The notes below the pieces were generated by a model, which worked only from the letters and a program-made list of their open reading frames with translations, was not told the DNA's origin and did not search any database. Both the position numbers and the translations under genes were made by a program. DNA of 64,000 nucleotides from Tubiluchus corallicola (lineage: Eukaryota > Animalia > Priapulida): the NCBI GenBank assembly GCA_030141605.1, contig JAQGDQ010000156.1:248001-312000 (forward strand), read 5' to 3'. The first letter of the stretch is position 1, and every line of letters begins with the position of its first letter. This document shows positions 11,581-23,734 of this stretch, piece by piece.

Positions 11581-12338
11581 ATATAATTTATGTCTCTTTT
11601 GTTTAACAATAACTAGAAATTCTTCTAGTGTAAAAAGCTTCGGTGTCTGTTGGGCTTATATAGTCCTTTAAATATCGATCAATTATATGTTCTTGAATCA
11701 CCTTAGCCTCTCAGGATAATTACCTTATTGTGTTTAACAAGGTTAAGGTCCAGTAAATTTCCAAGCCATTCAGTACGATCTGCGTCAGTCATATTGCTAA
11801 ACATTGCAGCCTGTGCAAGGTGCTCATGGCTTCCGTGCACGATACAGATTATTCTCAATTGAATGACCCATATTAAGCAATAATGTAATATGTACTAGAC
11901 ATATTCTGTGCTATTATTCATGATCATTTTAGTACCCCTGAGCAAGAGATTATGTTACCCCCTAGACACTTGTGTTGGAGAATGTTGTTGAGTTTGACCA
12001 TGATCCCTTCGAGTCTTTGACGATACACTTCACTATTACTGGCTGTGCAAGACATGGATGATTCCATATTAAGTTTTGAGGGAATAATGAATGCTTTATT
12101 AATTTAGGGAATCTTTGATTTAACATTTTATTTTGTAGGCTACATTTATTTGTTGTTTTTCTGTTTTTGCACACTCTTTGCAAAAGGCTATGTTACACCA
12201 TGTACAGTACATACTTGGGTATGTTGTACTCACCGTTCACCTGGTTATAAATGAGCTTTCAGCTCTAGTTTCTCAAAAATGTGGCAATGTTTTAAGGACA
12301 TTTAGTTTAAAAGTTCATGAGAATATCCTGGTTTTGGA

Positions 12339-12447
12339 CAATGTTGTTCCGAACCGGAAAAAATCGATCCGAACCAATACCAATACCGCATTATTCGCGA
12401 AAATCGGCAAGTGATCTATTGGAAACTGATCTATTGGGACAACCACG
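12339..12447. mobile_element. Tiny hAT-like MITE
   Basis: Degenerate TIR CAATGTTGTTCC / GGGACAACCACG with 7/8 matching flanks GTTTTGGA (12331-12338) and GTTTTGGT (12448-12455). Confidence 0.45.
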
Positions 12448-14235
12448 GTTTTGGTTGCAAATTCCTTTATGGACTGAGGTTAGCAGTTGAACTCAATGTT
12501 AGTGAAAATGGAATTACCAGCAGAGGAATTACTAAATATGATAAGTCATGACTGAGTAAAGGGTTGGGAAGAAAATAGAGTATAAAACTCAGTTGCGAGA
12601 AAGAAAGTTGGATAGTTGTTCTACCACTTTCAAGCATTTGAATCTGGCGGTGGACATAGATGATAATGAGCCAGTGTTTAGATCTATATTAATATTTTTT
12701 GGTGGACAGCTAGGTCTGAAGGCCTTTAACCCTGTTTATTCCTATTTCCTAGATGCTTATAGATAGTTATAATAAATCTAGTTTTTTCTCAGCTTTTTCT
12801 GCATAATCCTCTGCCAGTAGTATTAAATGGTGTTCTCGTCTTTCTGAAGTTCTTGGGAAACTCCAGAAAGATAGTAGGGGTTGATCTAAGTCAAACTCGA
12901 AAACGAAAGTGACACATGTAATATTTTTTTCTCGTCAAAGTTGTTATGCGATGTTACTTTCACCAATGGTACAGCCAACAGGATTATCCAATTACTGAGC
13001 AGCACGAAATGCTCTCATTCCTTGAAAATTTGCCACCCCGCATTATGGCCGCATAACATCAGCAGTTTGATTCCCCCACTGGCCATGCTTTTCTTGCTCG
13101 AAAGTAGCAACAAAAGTCCACAGGCGCATTAATTAGATTGAAAACTATAATATTGATCACTAGCGCCATAACTAGTATTATGATGTAACAATGCTACATG
13201 TATTACAATTCTTTTGCTTATTTTTATTTTTGTATGTTCTTTCTCAGACATTGATCAGGCTGAGGGGCAAAGTGTTTTGGACGAAGCGCAGCGTGGTTGT
13301 TAATAAAATAAACCGAACAAAGTTCTGTATGAGTTTTTAACATGGCAGCCTGTTGTGTAACTTGTGTTGTTAGTAGGCTAATGATTTCTAGGGTAAATAA
13401 AAAATAGTGATTAATCAAGTATGAGCGATTGAGTTGTGTCCATACGCCGTAGCAATTGCCCGGACTTCGGAAGTTGTGTTGATAAATTCACTTTATTTCT
13501 TTGCCTCTTACAAAAATGTCAGCAATAGAAGTACCGGGTGGAGAAAGAACAATACGGTCACCGAGCAGCTTTGATAGTTATATTAAAATTGTAATGTAAC
13601 GTGTGTTGGCTGGAGTGACTCCTGTTTATCTGTCTTGATTATTTGGTTTAAGGTGAATTCACTTCTGGAGTGAAATAAATTGATTTGATTTGAATTGAAC
13701 AAATTAACTTGTAATAGCTGTCACCTATAAACTCTTCGCAGGCGCTGCCGCAGGTGTACTTGATGCACGTACATACAACGTCTTGTATGTAGGGGCGCAC
13801 TACCTAAATACGCGGTTCCAACTTGCTTCCAAGTTGCCTTAAACCTGAAGCTGGCATTCAGACGTGGTTTCATTTGAGGGGGATCCCATAATTTCATTAG
13901 CATAAGGGCACCAGAGCATCATAACTTGGCTTTGACAACACTACTTAATAATTATTTAATGCAAAAAATATTACACAGTCACATTTTATGTACAACTATT
14001 TTCCTTGTCATTTATTAGTCATATAAGTAGTCATTAGTGTATACTAGTATTGTTGAGTGCACAGAACTGGTGTCTTCATTATACCATTACACATCCTGCG
14101 CTTAGGTTTTGCAACACGAGATGTCATTGTTTGTTTCTTTAGCATTTGCAATTTGTAAAATTGTATTTTGTTGTTAAAATGCTGTTTTATTTTATTTGAT
14201 TAAATAATCCTCAGCTGTTTCTTGAAAATTTTCAG

Positions 14236-14376
14236 GATATTTCGGTCATTTTCCAAACCACGATTCAGAGCTATTGTCTAAAATTAATATAGCAGATAAA
14301 AAGATGGATACGCATGGTCATTTTACATCAACGAGACATTCTCTTTCTCCCGGGCATGTACTACGGATTAATCTCG
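14236..14376 (+). CDS. BLZF1: Golgin-45 N-terminal exon (start uncertain: ATG 14304, or an upstream exon from ATG 13516)
   Basis: TTTCAG acceptor, open frame YFGHFPNHDS...VLRINL, phase-1 donor G/GTAACT compatible with the next exon. Confidence 0.6.
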
Positions 14377-14617
14377 GTAACTGTTTTTGTAACTAAATAA
14401 CTAGAATTAAGTTTGGCAATAACAATAAGCCTTATTGAGTTATATCAGGTGAGTATATCAATTTGAGATATCGATAAAGAGAGAATATGCCTCTTTATAA
14501 TACACTTATAATAAAATTCCCACAACAGCTTAATTTTCAAAAAAAATCTGGTTTCTTAATATACTTTTAACAAATGATACAAATACTGTTTATGTTAGAT
14601 TTGTTTCCTATTTTTAG

Positions 14618-15159
14618 GTAGTTCTGCTGATCACGTTGGAAAATCACCAAACGGGAAGTCACCGAAATATGTTCCTTGGGAACCATATAAATGTGCAGTG
14701 ACAAAACTTTCAGATGGTGGTCATTATTCAGACACAAAAAAATGTGAGGACGAGTGCTCTCAGCAGTTTCTAAAACGAACAAAACCATTGCCAAACTCAA
14801 CCACTTTATATAATTATAACATTACCTACATTGACAAGCGCCTCATATCAGTTGCAGATTTTAATGCTAACCATGCTTCTCTTGAGAATAAAACACAGCT
14901 ACCATTATTGAAGGAACATGAATCTGACATGTCATTTGAAAATGGATTTTCAAGAAAATCATTGAAAATAATGCCGCGTGCAGTGGCTAGTAACGATTCC
15001 ACCACGAAGCAACTAGACAAAGCTTTAGAGATTAGCAAGACAAACGGCTTACAGACTTCAATGTTTACTGATTTTAGCCAAAAAATGTCTGACGAAGAAA
15101 GGCGCATACTGAATGAAGAAAAAGAAAACTTAGTTTCTCAACTGCATATACAACTCCAG
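14618..15159 (+). CDS. BLZF1: Golgin-45 exon
   Basis: TTTTAG acceptor; contains PKYVPWEPYKCAV and coiled-coil start EEKENLVSQLHIQLQ; donor CAG/GTATGA. Confidence 0.88.
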
Positions 15160-15345
15160 GTATGAACAATTGTACATTGTCAAAAATGTTAATTGCCGTT
15201 GACCTGAAGAAATTGCTTGGAATAAAACAATTTAGGTGATGTGATAATAGAGTATCTATTAATTATTTACTGTTGTTTAAAATTAAGCTCGCTTCTTATT
15301 TGTTGTTTCTTAATTACCATTTTATATGTTGCCTAATTTTCGTAG

Positions 15346-15545
15346 GTGAATGCAGAGCTGAAAAAACTTTTGGTGGCTTCTCTCGGAGAGGACTTGAACG
15401 AGAAATTTGACTGCCTCATCCAAGCCAAGGCCCGTCTTGCACACGAGGTTAGCTACTGCTCGCATCACATGTCGAGTCTCTATGATCAATTGGAAAGGTT
15501 GTCTATTCAGTGTGATGTTTGGAGAAGCAAGTTTATGGCGAGCAG
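15346..15545 (+). CDS. BLZF1: Golgin-45 exon (conserved coiled coil)
   Basis: VNAELKKLLVASLGEDL...QLERLSIQCDVWRSKFMASR matches the golgin-45 signature; canonical AG/GT. Confidence 0.95.
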
Positions 15546-15920
15546 GTATAAAAGTTTGTTAATTTGGTATGGCTAGAATTTGATGCCATAATTTAAGAGA
15601 CAAATTATGTAGATAGTGGAAAAAACTGTTAATTTGACAACCAAATGTGAAACACTTAACTGGAGATAAAGGAGTTGTACGTATGAATGAATTCCAGTTT
15701 GTGTGTTCTTATTAAATGACATGTAGTTCACATATTGAGCCAAAACTTCCTTCTAAAGATAGTACATTTATATGAAAATATTTAGAAAAATTATCTAAAA
15801 GAAATATTAGTTTGTGATTGTGAATGCCAAAAATTAATAGGCCATAACAGTTTATTTTTCAACAACAATTAACATGGTGGCTATGGAGTTGAAGAAAGAA
15901 AGCAAATGGTGAAAAATTGT

Positions 15921-15987
15921 GAGCCACTGGGATTCGATCCCGAGACTTGAATTACACTTGTATGCTGTACCATTTGAGCTATAGGCC
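15921..15987 (-). mobile_element. tRNA-derived SINE head / tRNA pseudogene in BLZF1 intron
   Basis: Minus strand GGCCTATAGCTCAAATGGTACAGC (A box) ... GGGATCGAATCCCAGTGGCTC (B box); no credible anticodon arm. Confidence 0.6.
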
Positions 15988-16382
15988 TAACACAATTTGT
16001 TGCAAAACTGTGAAATAGCATTAGGGATTGCACCTTCTTGTATTAGGCTCCGTTATTCGATTTTAATTTTGTTCTAGAACCGTGCACCTTAATTTTATTA
16101 CAAAATGTTTCATTATGGCAGCATGCTAGGCTTCTTCTAAAAACGTTGAGAATAAAGAGTAATAACGTGACTCGTATCGCGTAGATTGTAGAATGTATGT
16201 ATAATTAGTAGGCCTATCTAATAATAAAATGATGTTTGGCAACAGGAAAAAATATGGCTGTTTAGGTTTGTTCGAATGCTGGTTCTTATTGTTTAGTTTA
16301 TACCATTTTACAGTCCCTTACTAATACAGAAGTGGTTTGCAAGTTTGCACAATATTAGGTAAATTGTTCATTCCCTTTTCAG

Positions 16383-16511
16383 ATTGATGCTAAATGACAT
16401 TTCTCACCTCAAAGGCCTGCTCTGCCAAAAATATCAAACATCTCAAGAGGTGCTTAGACAACTGTTACAGGAACATCAAGACATGAAAAACCATCTAATA
16501 GAAACATACAG
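16383..16511 (+). CDS. BLZF1: Golgin-45 exon
   Basis: Phase 2-2 exon (R)LMLNDISHLK...LRQLLQEHQDMKNHLIETY(R); pyrimidine tract plus CAG, donor AG/GTGTGC. Confidence 0.9.
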
Positions 16512-17381
16512 GTGTGCAAACTATTCACTTATCACTGCACTAAAATTACAGGTGCTTTTTATTCAAATGTCACATCATTAGTGGCATTCATCTCACCTCA
16601 TCTCATTTTAATGTATAATGGTTTTCATGGCACATATATCAGTTCTTTTATCTGGCTGTGTAAGAAGTGGTTATAGGGTGTGAGAGTTTCGTATAAATAG
16701 ACACTCATTACATTTAAAAGAAGATTCGTTTAATAGCAAATTCTATTCTGACAGTCATTAATGTGAGTGAGTGAGTGAGAGAAAGAGAGAGAGAGATCGA
16801 TAGAGAGAGAGAGTGTGTGTGAGTGTGAGAGAGAAAGAAGAGAGAGAGTATAGACTGCTTGGCCGCCAACCACAATTATGACTCTAATGATGGCTGTCTA
16901 TTATTGCCTAAATTAGGCTAAATTTGGTTTTAATCACGAGATATTTTATGGTGTCTTGCTAGTGATAATCATTATTGAATTACAAGTTGGTAAAACTGTA
17001 TCTTTGGTGAAGTTGACATGTAAAACGAAGGAATTTTATTGGAAATAAAGTATGCACACATCAAAATGTGTTTCAACAACATGTATTAATAAAGATTTTT
17101 GTGCCCATCATTATTCATGAGTCAACGAGTTAGAGAAAAACAATAGGGATTAATAAAAAAATTGGTAATATATGTGAAGCCACTAGCCTCTGAACTTTGA
17201 GAAGTAGTTGAAATAGAAATGTTTTTAATGTGGGAGAAACAGAGAGGTAGGGCCTATCAACTTGGCTGGGGATGGAAGCTGTGCTATTGTAAAGCAAGTT
17301 TTTAATGTGCACATTGATCTTCCTTGCTGTTAAGTAACTTTTTTCTGCTTGATTGTTATCATGTAATTTTAACTATTGCAG

Positions 17382-17589
17382 ATATCTTCGTGGCATTCAG
17401 CAAGCTTTTGATCCATCTCATCAGTTAACTGAAGTCAGTCTTGTTCCTAATAACTTAGTAGATTTGATACTCACCAATCAGAAACTTGCCGACATAATCA
17501 AGCAGAAATTGCTGGGGAATAACCACCGGACAATAGATACAGCAGATTTCAGCTTGAATGCTACGGCAGCAGAGCATTATGCGCTACAG
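17382..17589 (+). CDS. BLZF1: Golgin-45 exon
   Basis: Phase 2-0 exon YLRGIQQAF...NLVDLILTNQKLA...TAAEHYALQ, in frame with both neighbours. Confidence 0.88.
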
Positions 17590-17614
17590 GTTTGTTTTTC
17601 TCAAAGTTTTCTAA

Positions 17615-17941
17615 AGTCAGGCTTTCACGGGGCTCTTGACTTCGGCAACTGTCCAATTTCTAAGTGTACCAGTCGCAAAACATTTGCTGGTGTTTGCCAT
17701 TGTCGAAAAAAGGTCGTTGGCTTGGCCAAAAAAATTTAAAATAAGCACAAACACGTCTTGCGAAGTTTATGCGACGTTCTTGTGATTTTCACTCCAGAGA
17801 AAAGCCCCCATAATTCGTAAAAACTTGGAGAAAATCGCGCAACTTCGCACGAATGATTTGCGACAAAACACAGTGGTTGGAATATTTTGGCGACTGTTGG
17901 ACTTGTCGCAAAAAAGTCAGCGGTCCCGTGAAACCCTTGCT
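17615..17941. mobile_element. PIF/Harbinger-like MITE in BLZF1 intron
   Basis: TIR AGTCAGGCTTTCACGGG / CCCGTGAAACCCTTGCT (14/17), TAA on both flanks, internal GTCGCAAA / TTTGCGAC repeats. Confidence 0.65.
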
Positions 17942-18645
17942 TAAAGCGTTAAATTATAAACTCTGATGCAATGCCCATTTTGTAGTTTAATCAGCGTTCA
18001 ATGACAAATTCCAGTTGAATTTCTTTTTCTTATTATTATTGTTATTAGCTGAAAAACTTTCTTTATTTAACAAAGAAACTACTAGTCAGCTACTATGCCA
18101 GTTTTTTGTTTTTAGTGTTTAGTTCAAACAATATTTTTATTTGATAAAGAGCACTACAATCATAAGTACATTTATAATAAAAAACAATGGGTAATTAATC
18201 AAAAGCTGATTGGCTAACAGGTATGACCTATGTAAAAGTCTTTCAGTGAGTAAATACGCCATTTATATGTTAGGCACACGATTATGAGAACTGTTATGTA
18301 TTAAGTAAGAGTGAAATTGAGAAGGTTTGCAACTTGTTTTTTGAATAGCTGTGCCGAAAGGGTAGGACAAGTTGGTTATGATGTGTTTGATGTTGATGTT
18401 AAGCTACAAAAATAGAATGAATGATGAAAGTGTTGGGGTCACGGGAATGCAGGAGTATAAATAATTTTTAGTGTTTTCCACAAAAATCTCCATACTTCAG
18501 CTTACAGTTATTACAATTACAGATATTATAATTGTGATAGCAGTTAATAGAAAACAATTTTTTAGCCACAGACATATTCGTTTTTTTCTATTCATCCGTT
18601 CAAGTGGTATCGTTTATTGGTAATGCTCATTTTTTCTCCTCTTAG

Positions 18646-18777
18646 GTGTTGACAAATCAGTTTCAAATGGATGGCAGCCATATTCCTGCTTTACCGGCTA
18701 GCTACCATGTTGGAAACTATGAACTCATTGCTTTTGATCGCTGTCATAACTGCTCTGGTGAAATTTTTGTTGTATGA
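18646..18777 (+). CDS. BLZF1: Golgin-45 last exon (not in ORF track)
   Basis: VLTNQFQ...GNYELIAFDRCHNCSGEIFVV-stop: C-terminal CxxC plus hydrophobic PDZ-binding tail typical of the GRASP55-binding end of golgin-45; AATAAA near 19334. Confidence 0.9.
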   Translation: MLTNQFQMDGSHIPALPASYHVGNYELIAFDRCHNCSGEIFVV

Positions 18778-20003
18778 TAATTGTGCCTTTAGGATCTTTT
18801 GTACGAGCAGTTTTGTATTTTAACACCGCACAAATTGGTGACTGCTTTTGTGTACAGTATCTTTTTAAATAGCTTATTAATAAGGCACTAACTTAATCCT
18901 TCATCTTGATGTCTCGTGTTTGTTTGTAGAAATTATTATCATTGCTGTTCAGATTGGTACCTACCAATTACAGCAACCATCACTGAACTAAGACCAGAGC
19001 TGTTTGTAATTCTGCAGCGTTTTTAGCAAAATTTATTATGAGAAGTTTGCGGGTGGGCACATCAAACTAAATACTCACACAATATTTCTTTATAAACTCG
19101 GACATTTAGTTGTGAAACTAGTATATCGTTGTCAGTATGTATCACCCGTTGTAGCTGCTGAACTATTATGTGCATACTGTGCATTCAGGCAAATTTAAAG
19201 AATGACACACTTGTTATTCAAATTAACCCTGTCCTCGTTATTAACAATACAATACAAGGTACGCTCTAGAGCATTTTTAGTAGTATTTTTTTACCAATGC
19301 ACAGTATAATAATGGTGCTTCAGTGCTATTATGAATAAATGTCCTCATATTTTAATTGATTTTTTTTATTTTATGCATTATTTGTTATAGATTTGCATTT
19401 TCTGTTCAAACTTTAGTAGGCTTTGTGAGCATGTGTACATAATAACTGAAGTAGTGCTGATTAAGAGAAGACGCATTAAATCATGTACGGTGCGAGTGAC
19501 CGTACACAGGCTCGCACGTGATCTATTTTTTATTCAGGACTTATATAGGCCTACATTTTTCAGTTGGACTTTTAACAACTACGTTATAACTTATTGAAAA
19601 TGAAAGATATGGCCCTTGCCTACTTTTTGTGAACACATTGCATTTTGTAAATTGTTATGTACGTTTACATAATTTTATTTTATTAAATTCTTTGTAATGA
19701 TAAATACTCTGTTTTCTATTCAATTTGTGACCTTATGTTAGTATTTACAATCATCAAACTAGCTATAATCAATTCGCTTATAAATATAACGGAGCTTAGT
19801 AAGTCACCATTTATTAATTATAATAGCTGTAATTAATTTTTGCAGACGAGGTAAGTGTACTTTCATAATATTTTGTTCGCTGACCGTTCAAAATCGGTTG
19901 GTGGGCTACGTGCTGTCGAAATTTACAAATAATTTGAAATAACGACGCACTCAGAAAATGAGAGAAACAGTGATCTTGGTGTGTGCTTAATTATAATAGT
20001 TAA

Positions 20004-22720
20004 GAACGCGTCCGCGAGAAGACCATGCAAAATCGAAAAATTCCGGCACAAGGCTAGGTAACCGATTCGGACCAAAGTTCGGGTATGAGGTCCACTAGTC
20101 ACTAGTATTCACTATGTGAATCCGCTTGGTCCAACTCATAGTAGCAGAGGTACGGCATAGGCCGATTTTCATGAAAAAAATGCCTATTTTTCTCAATTTT
20201 TTACTCATATTTGAAGGATTAGCCATGCAGCAACCACTGAGTTTGAATAGATCTGACTCTGCACAGTATTGGATCTTGTTATCTTCTCCAAAATGACATT
20301 TCGACTTTTGTCCCAAACCCCCCTCTTTCGTCTCTACTGGGGGTCTTTAAGCTCGCATTACGCACAAGATGCAAATACTCAGTCATTTCAAAGTCTTATA
20401 TCTCACCCACTGCGGGGGCGGGGACAAAAATATCGATATGTATGTGAATAGAGCATCCCATCCCACTATGCTGTAGTGACAATTTCGATGGAGCGAATTT
20501 CCACCCTATTAGAAATGACCTCTGAAAGAGGCATATATCAGGGTGAAAATATAGGTAATAACCTTCATCAAAAAGCTTCGTGTAGATAAACATGAGTTGT
20601 CAAATCTTGTCAAAATACTTCCAAACGTCATAAATGTTCATATTTGGCAACTAGGGGCCTGGTCAGCACATTGGTTAAACTACCGACAGGATTGGACTCC
20701 AGCATTCAAGATGGCGGCCACTGCTGAACTAAAATGTTCGTTTTCTGGGCTGTTTACCAGCGTTAAATGCGGTATTCTGACTAGTTATCCACACGAAACG
20801 AATATTGTGAATCTATTAGCCTGTACTAAATACACTGGACCGCATTTAGAGCGCTTCCATCTTCAAAAAATGAAATATCTACGGAATGGAAATTGCTTCT
20901 TGCAAGGACAGGAAATAGTTTTATGTACTGTTTATTTTATATGCTTTGTAAATGCTATGTACAGGTTATTACCTAGTTATTACTCATTGTCTTACATAGG
21001 CGTACAAGCCAGGACACAAAGAAAATTGCCCTAAATCTGAGTGAATACCCAAAAAATACGGGACAGACTTACCCCGAAATATCATTTGGCCGGTGATTTT
21101 TTGACTGTAAAACATTGAAAATTTTTGTGCCATTGGCGCAATCATTCAATTGCACTATTAATATTTTTTGTCAGAAGTATCGATTTTGTGCCACAAATAA
21201 ATTTTGGACGAAGAAAAATTTTCTGAGCTAAATATCACCACCATCCCAGACTGTAAGATTTTCGCTTTATCACTTTCCCCATGATATTTGTCTATATTTC
21301 TGTATCTATCTTCTAGTGATAATCTACCTGCATCGATAATTTTTTCTCTATTATTTAGATGTTATGGTTTTGATTACATGTACTACTCTTCAGTGATAGG
21401 GTTATGCTGCTACAATAGGAAGAATATTTTGGACTTAGAGAAATTAATTCTGACTGAGTTTCGTAGTTTCTCATTTTTGTTCTGATATTCATAATCTTCT
21501 ATGTATAGCCATGAAGCTTATTCATATAAAAAGTATAAAAAATGAACATATGTATAAAAATGAACGGATTTCTAATTTATATGTATATACCAAGTGTTGT
21601 CAGATTCTTTCGCTAGCAATGACTCTCAATATTAACAATCGGTACTTCTTTTCTATTAGAGGGCTTATTGTTTAGTCTTTCCTGGTATCCACTAGCGATT
21701 CAGTGTGTAGAGAATGCCCTGAATCAGGGTCGGACTCGGTACTAGGGGCATGCATGATGTCCTGTCCTGAAATCCACCAGGAGAGGCAATTATTCATATT
21801 TGTAGTCATATGAAAATTCCGACATAACTAAACCAATTTAAGATGAAATTCGCAAATTTCTAGCAATTTCCATGGCAAAGGAATCTATTGCCACTAGGAA
21901 ATGAGAGCATTAGTCACAGAAAATGCAGGTTAAACGTGGCTAAATGTCTACTGTCATATACCACCTGAGCCAAGTATGTCTACTTTTTACACATGGACGG
22001 AATTACTATGGAAAGTAAAAAGTGTGTTGATATGGCATTTTTTTCTAACAGTACCCCCTCTATATAATGTCATTCATGATATTATCTTAGCTTGTGTGTT
22101 TTCATGAAATTTAGAATACAGATTTGTCACTTATAATCCAGCATATAGATAGAAAAAATATTGAAAAACTACAAAAAAAAAGCAAATTTTGCTGATTTTT
22201 GTGAAATTTTAAAGTGCCAGTACTACATACTCAAACAGGCTCCAGCGAATTTTCTTTTTTATATTATTAGTGAGGATGATGGTCAACACATACATGAAAA
22301 CCGGAAGTTCTGTAGCCCCTCAGTGGGAGAGTTATGAGCCTTACAACTTAAGCTCTCCCGGGACTCTTAACAAAGAGCCGAATTTGAAAAATCCCGTTCT
22401 CTGATACTATTAATAGTATGTCAGAAAAAGTTAGGATATCAGAAGACAATGTCTGGGTCTATGTACCAGCCAACTTACATCGACCCATCTATAATAGTTT
22501 ATACAGGAGAAAAAGTTAAAATAACCCCCAAAATAGCGATTTTTTGCCTCTTTCGGGGTCAATTTCTTGATGTGGTCATTTCTCTGCAAATAGTAGCTCG
22601 ATCGATTTGATATCTTGGTTACATGGTTTTGGGGGGTCGCCCTTCATGTTAGAAAAAAATGATATAAATTCGTCACCCCTCATGTGCCACCCCCTGCATG
22701 GTGCTCTCGCGGACTCGTTC
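20004..22720 (+). mobile_element. Non-autonomous TTAA-specific DNA transposon (Sola3- or Kolobok-like), 2.7 kb
   Basis: TTAA on both sides (20000-20003, 22721-22724); 26-bp TIR GAACGCGTCCGCGAGAAGACCATGCA versus reverse complement GAACGAGTCCGCGAGAGCACCATGCA; internal Cys/His-containing ORF remnant from ATG 20711. Confidence 0.8.
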
Positions 22721-23734
22721 TTAAACAGTGCCGAGCCTAGTTAGTGAGTGACGGCCAGGAAAAATATTTTTGGCCAATTTCACCTATCATTTATGCCTCT
22801 GTTACTCTTGCTTAGGGATAATCTACATGCAGCAAATTGTGGCTAAGACGCCCTGTGTTTCATTCTCTTAGCTCAATTTAGATCCCTGATAAGCACTTAT
22901 GCTTGCAGTGAACTAGATATACAACTACTAGCTGCAACAAATATAGCTGCTGTAAAAATCATTTGTGCTTAATATATCATGGAAATGGATGTTTCATGAT
23001 TCTGTCCACATATTTGTATAACCAGTGCTTACCTGAATGTACTAGGTTCATCCTGCCATGAATCTCATTCTCGGGGACACTAATTTCACCAATGTAACAA
23101 AATATTTATCCGATTGCATTTTAGTCGAGGGCTTTTGTGGTTTGTTTATGTTTGCAAAGTAAATGATTGTAGTCTACGTAAGAGAGCCATTATTTTGCAG
23201 TTCAAACTCCATCTTATCTCCACCTATTCGTTTAAACCACGTAGTCCTTTTCAAGAAAAAAACAAATGTTCTAATAGCTTTGGAGATGCTTAATCTTACA
23301 TGGATTTGGCAGCTCCAACTGGGGTGTGTGACAGTAATGCACCCATGATTTTTTTCAGTTTATAGTTAGTGGTGTGAAAAGCAGCTCCCTAAATGAAGAA
23401 AAAAAACAGTGTACATTTGTAATCTAGTTCGTGTGTATTAAGCATTTAATATGTAATCACTTTGCCAGCACATCATGCTTGCTGTTCCACTAAATACCCA
23501 TAATAGTGCAAATAAGAATGTTGTGGTTTTAGAAAAAACAGACTATAAATTAATTTCAACATCACAGGGAAATGGGAACATTAAGTCACAACCTAGTCTA
23601 GTCATTACCAGTAAGTGCAGACACAAGTGGTAAAGTACTTGTATAAATATAAAGTATAGTTATAAAACTTGCACAAATGGTGTAAGATACTAAATCAGTT
23701 TCCAAGTTAATACTGTATAAACTGAAAACATTCT

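Noticed and set aside
13516-13599. ATG 13516 ORF (MSAIEVPGGERTIRSPSSFDS) as the definite BLZF1 first exon
   Set aside because: The best donor (ATT/GTAATG) is phase 0 while the next exon needs phase 1; only weak phase-1 donors exist, so left unresolved.
15921-15987. Functional tRNA gene
   Set aside because: A and B boxes are present but the anticodon arm and acceptor stem do not fold; treated as a SINE head or pseudogene.
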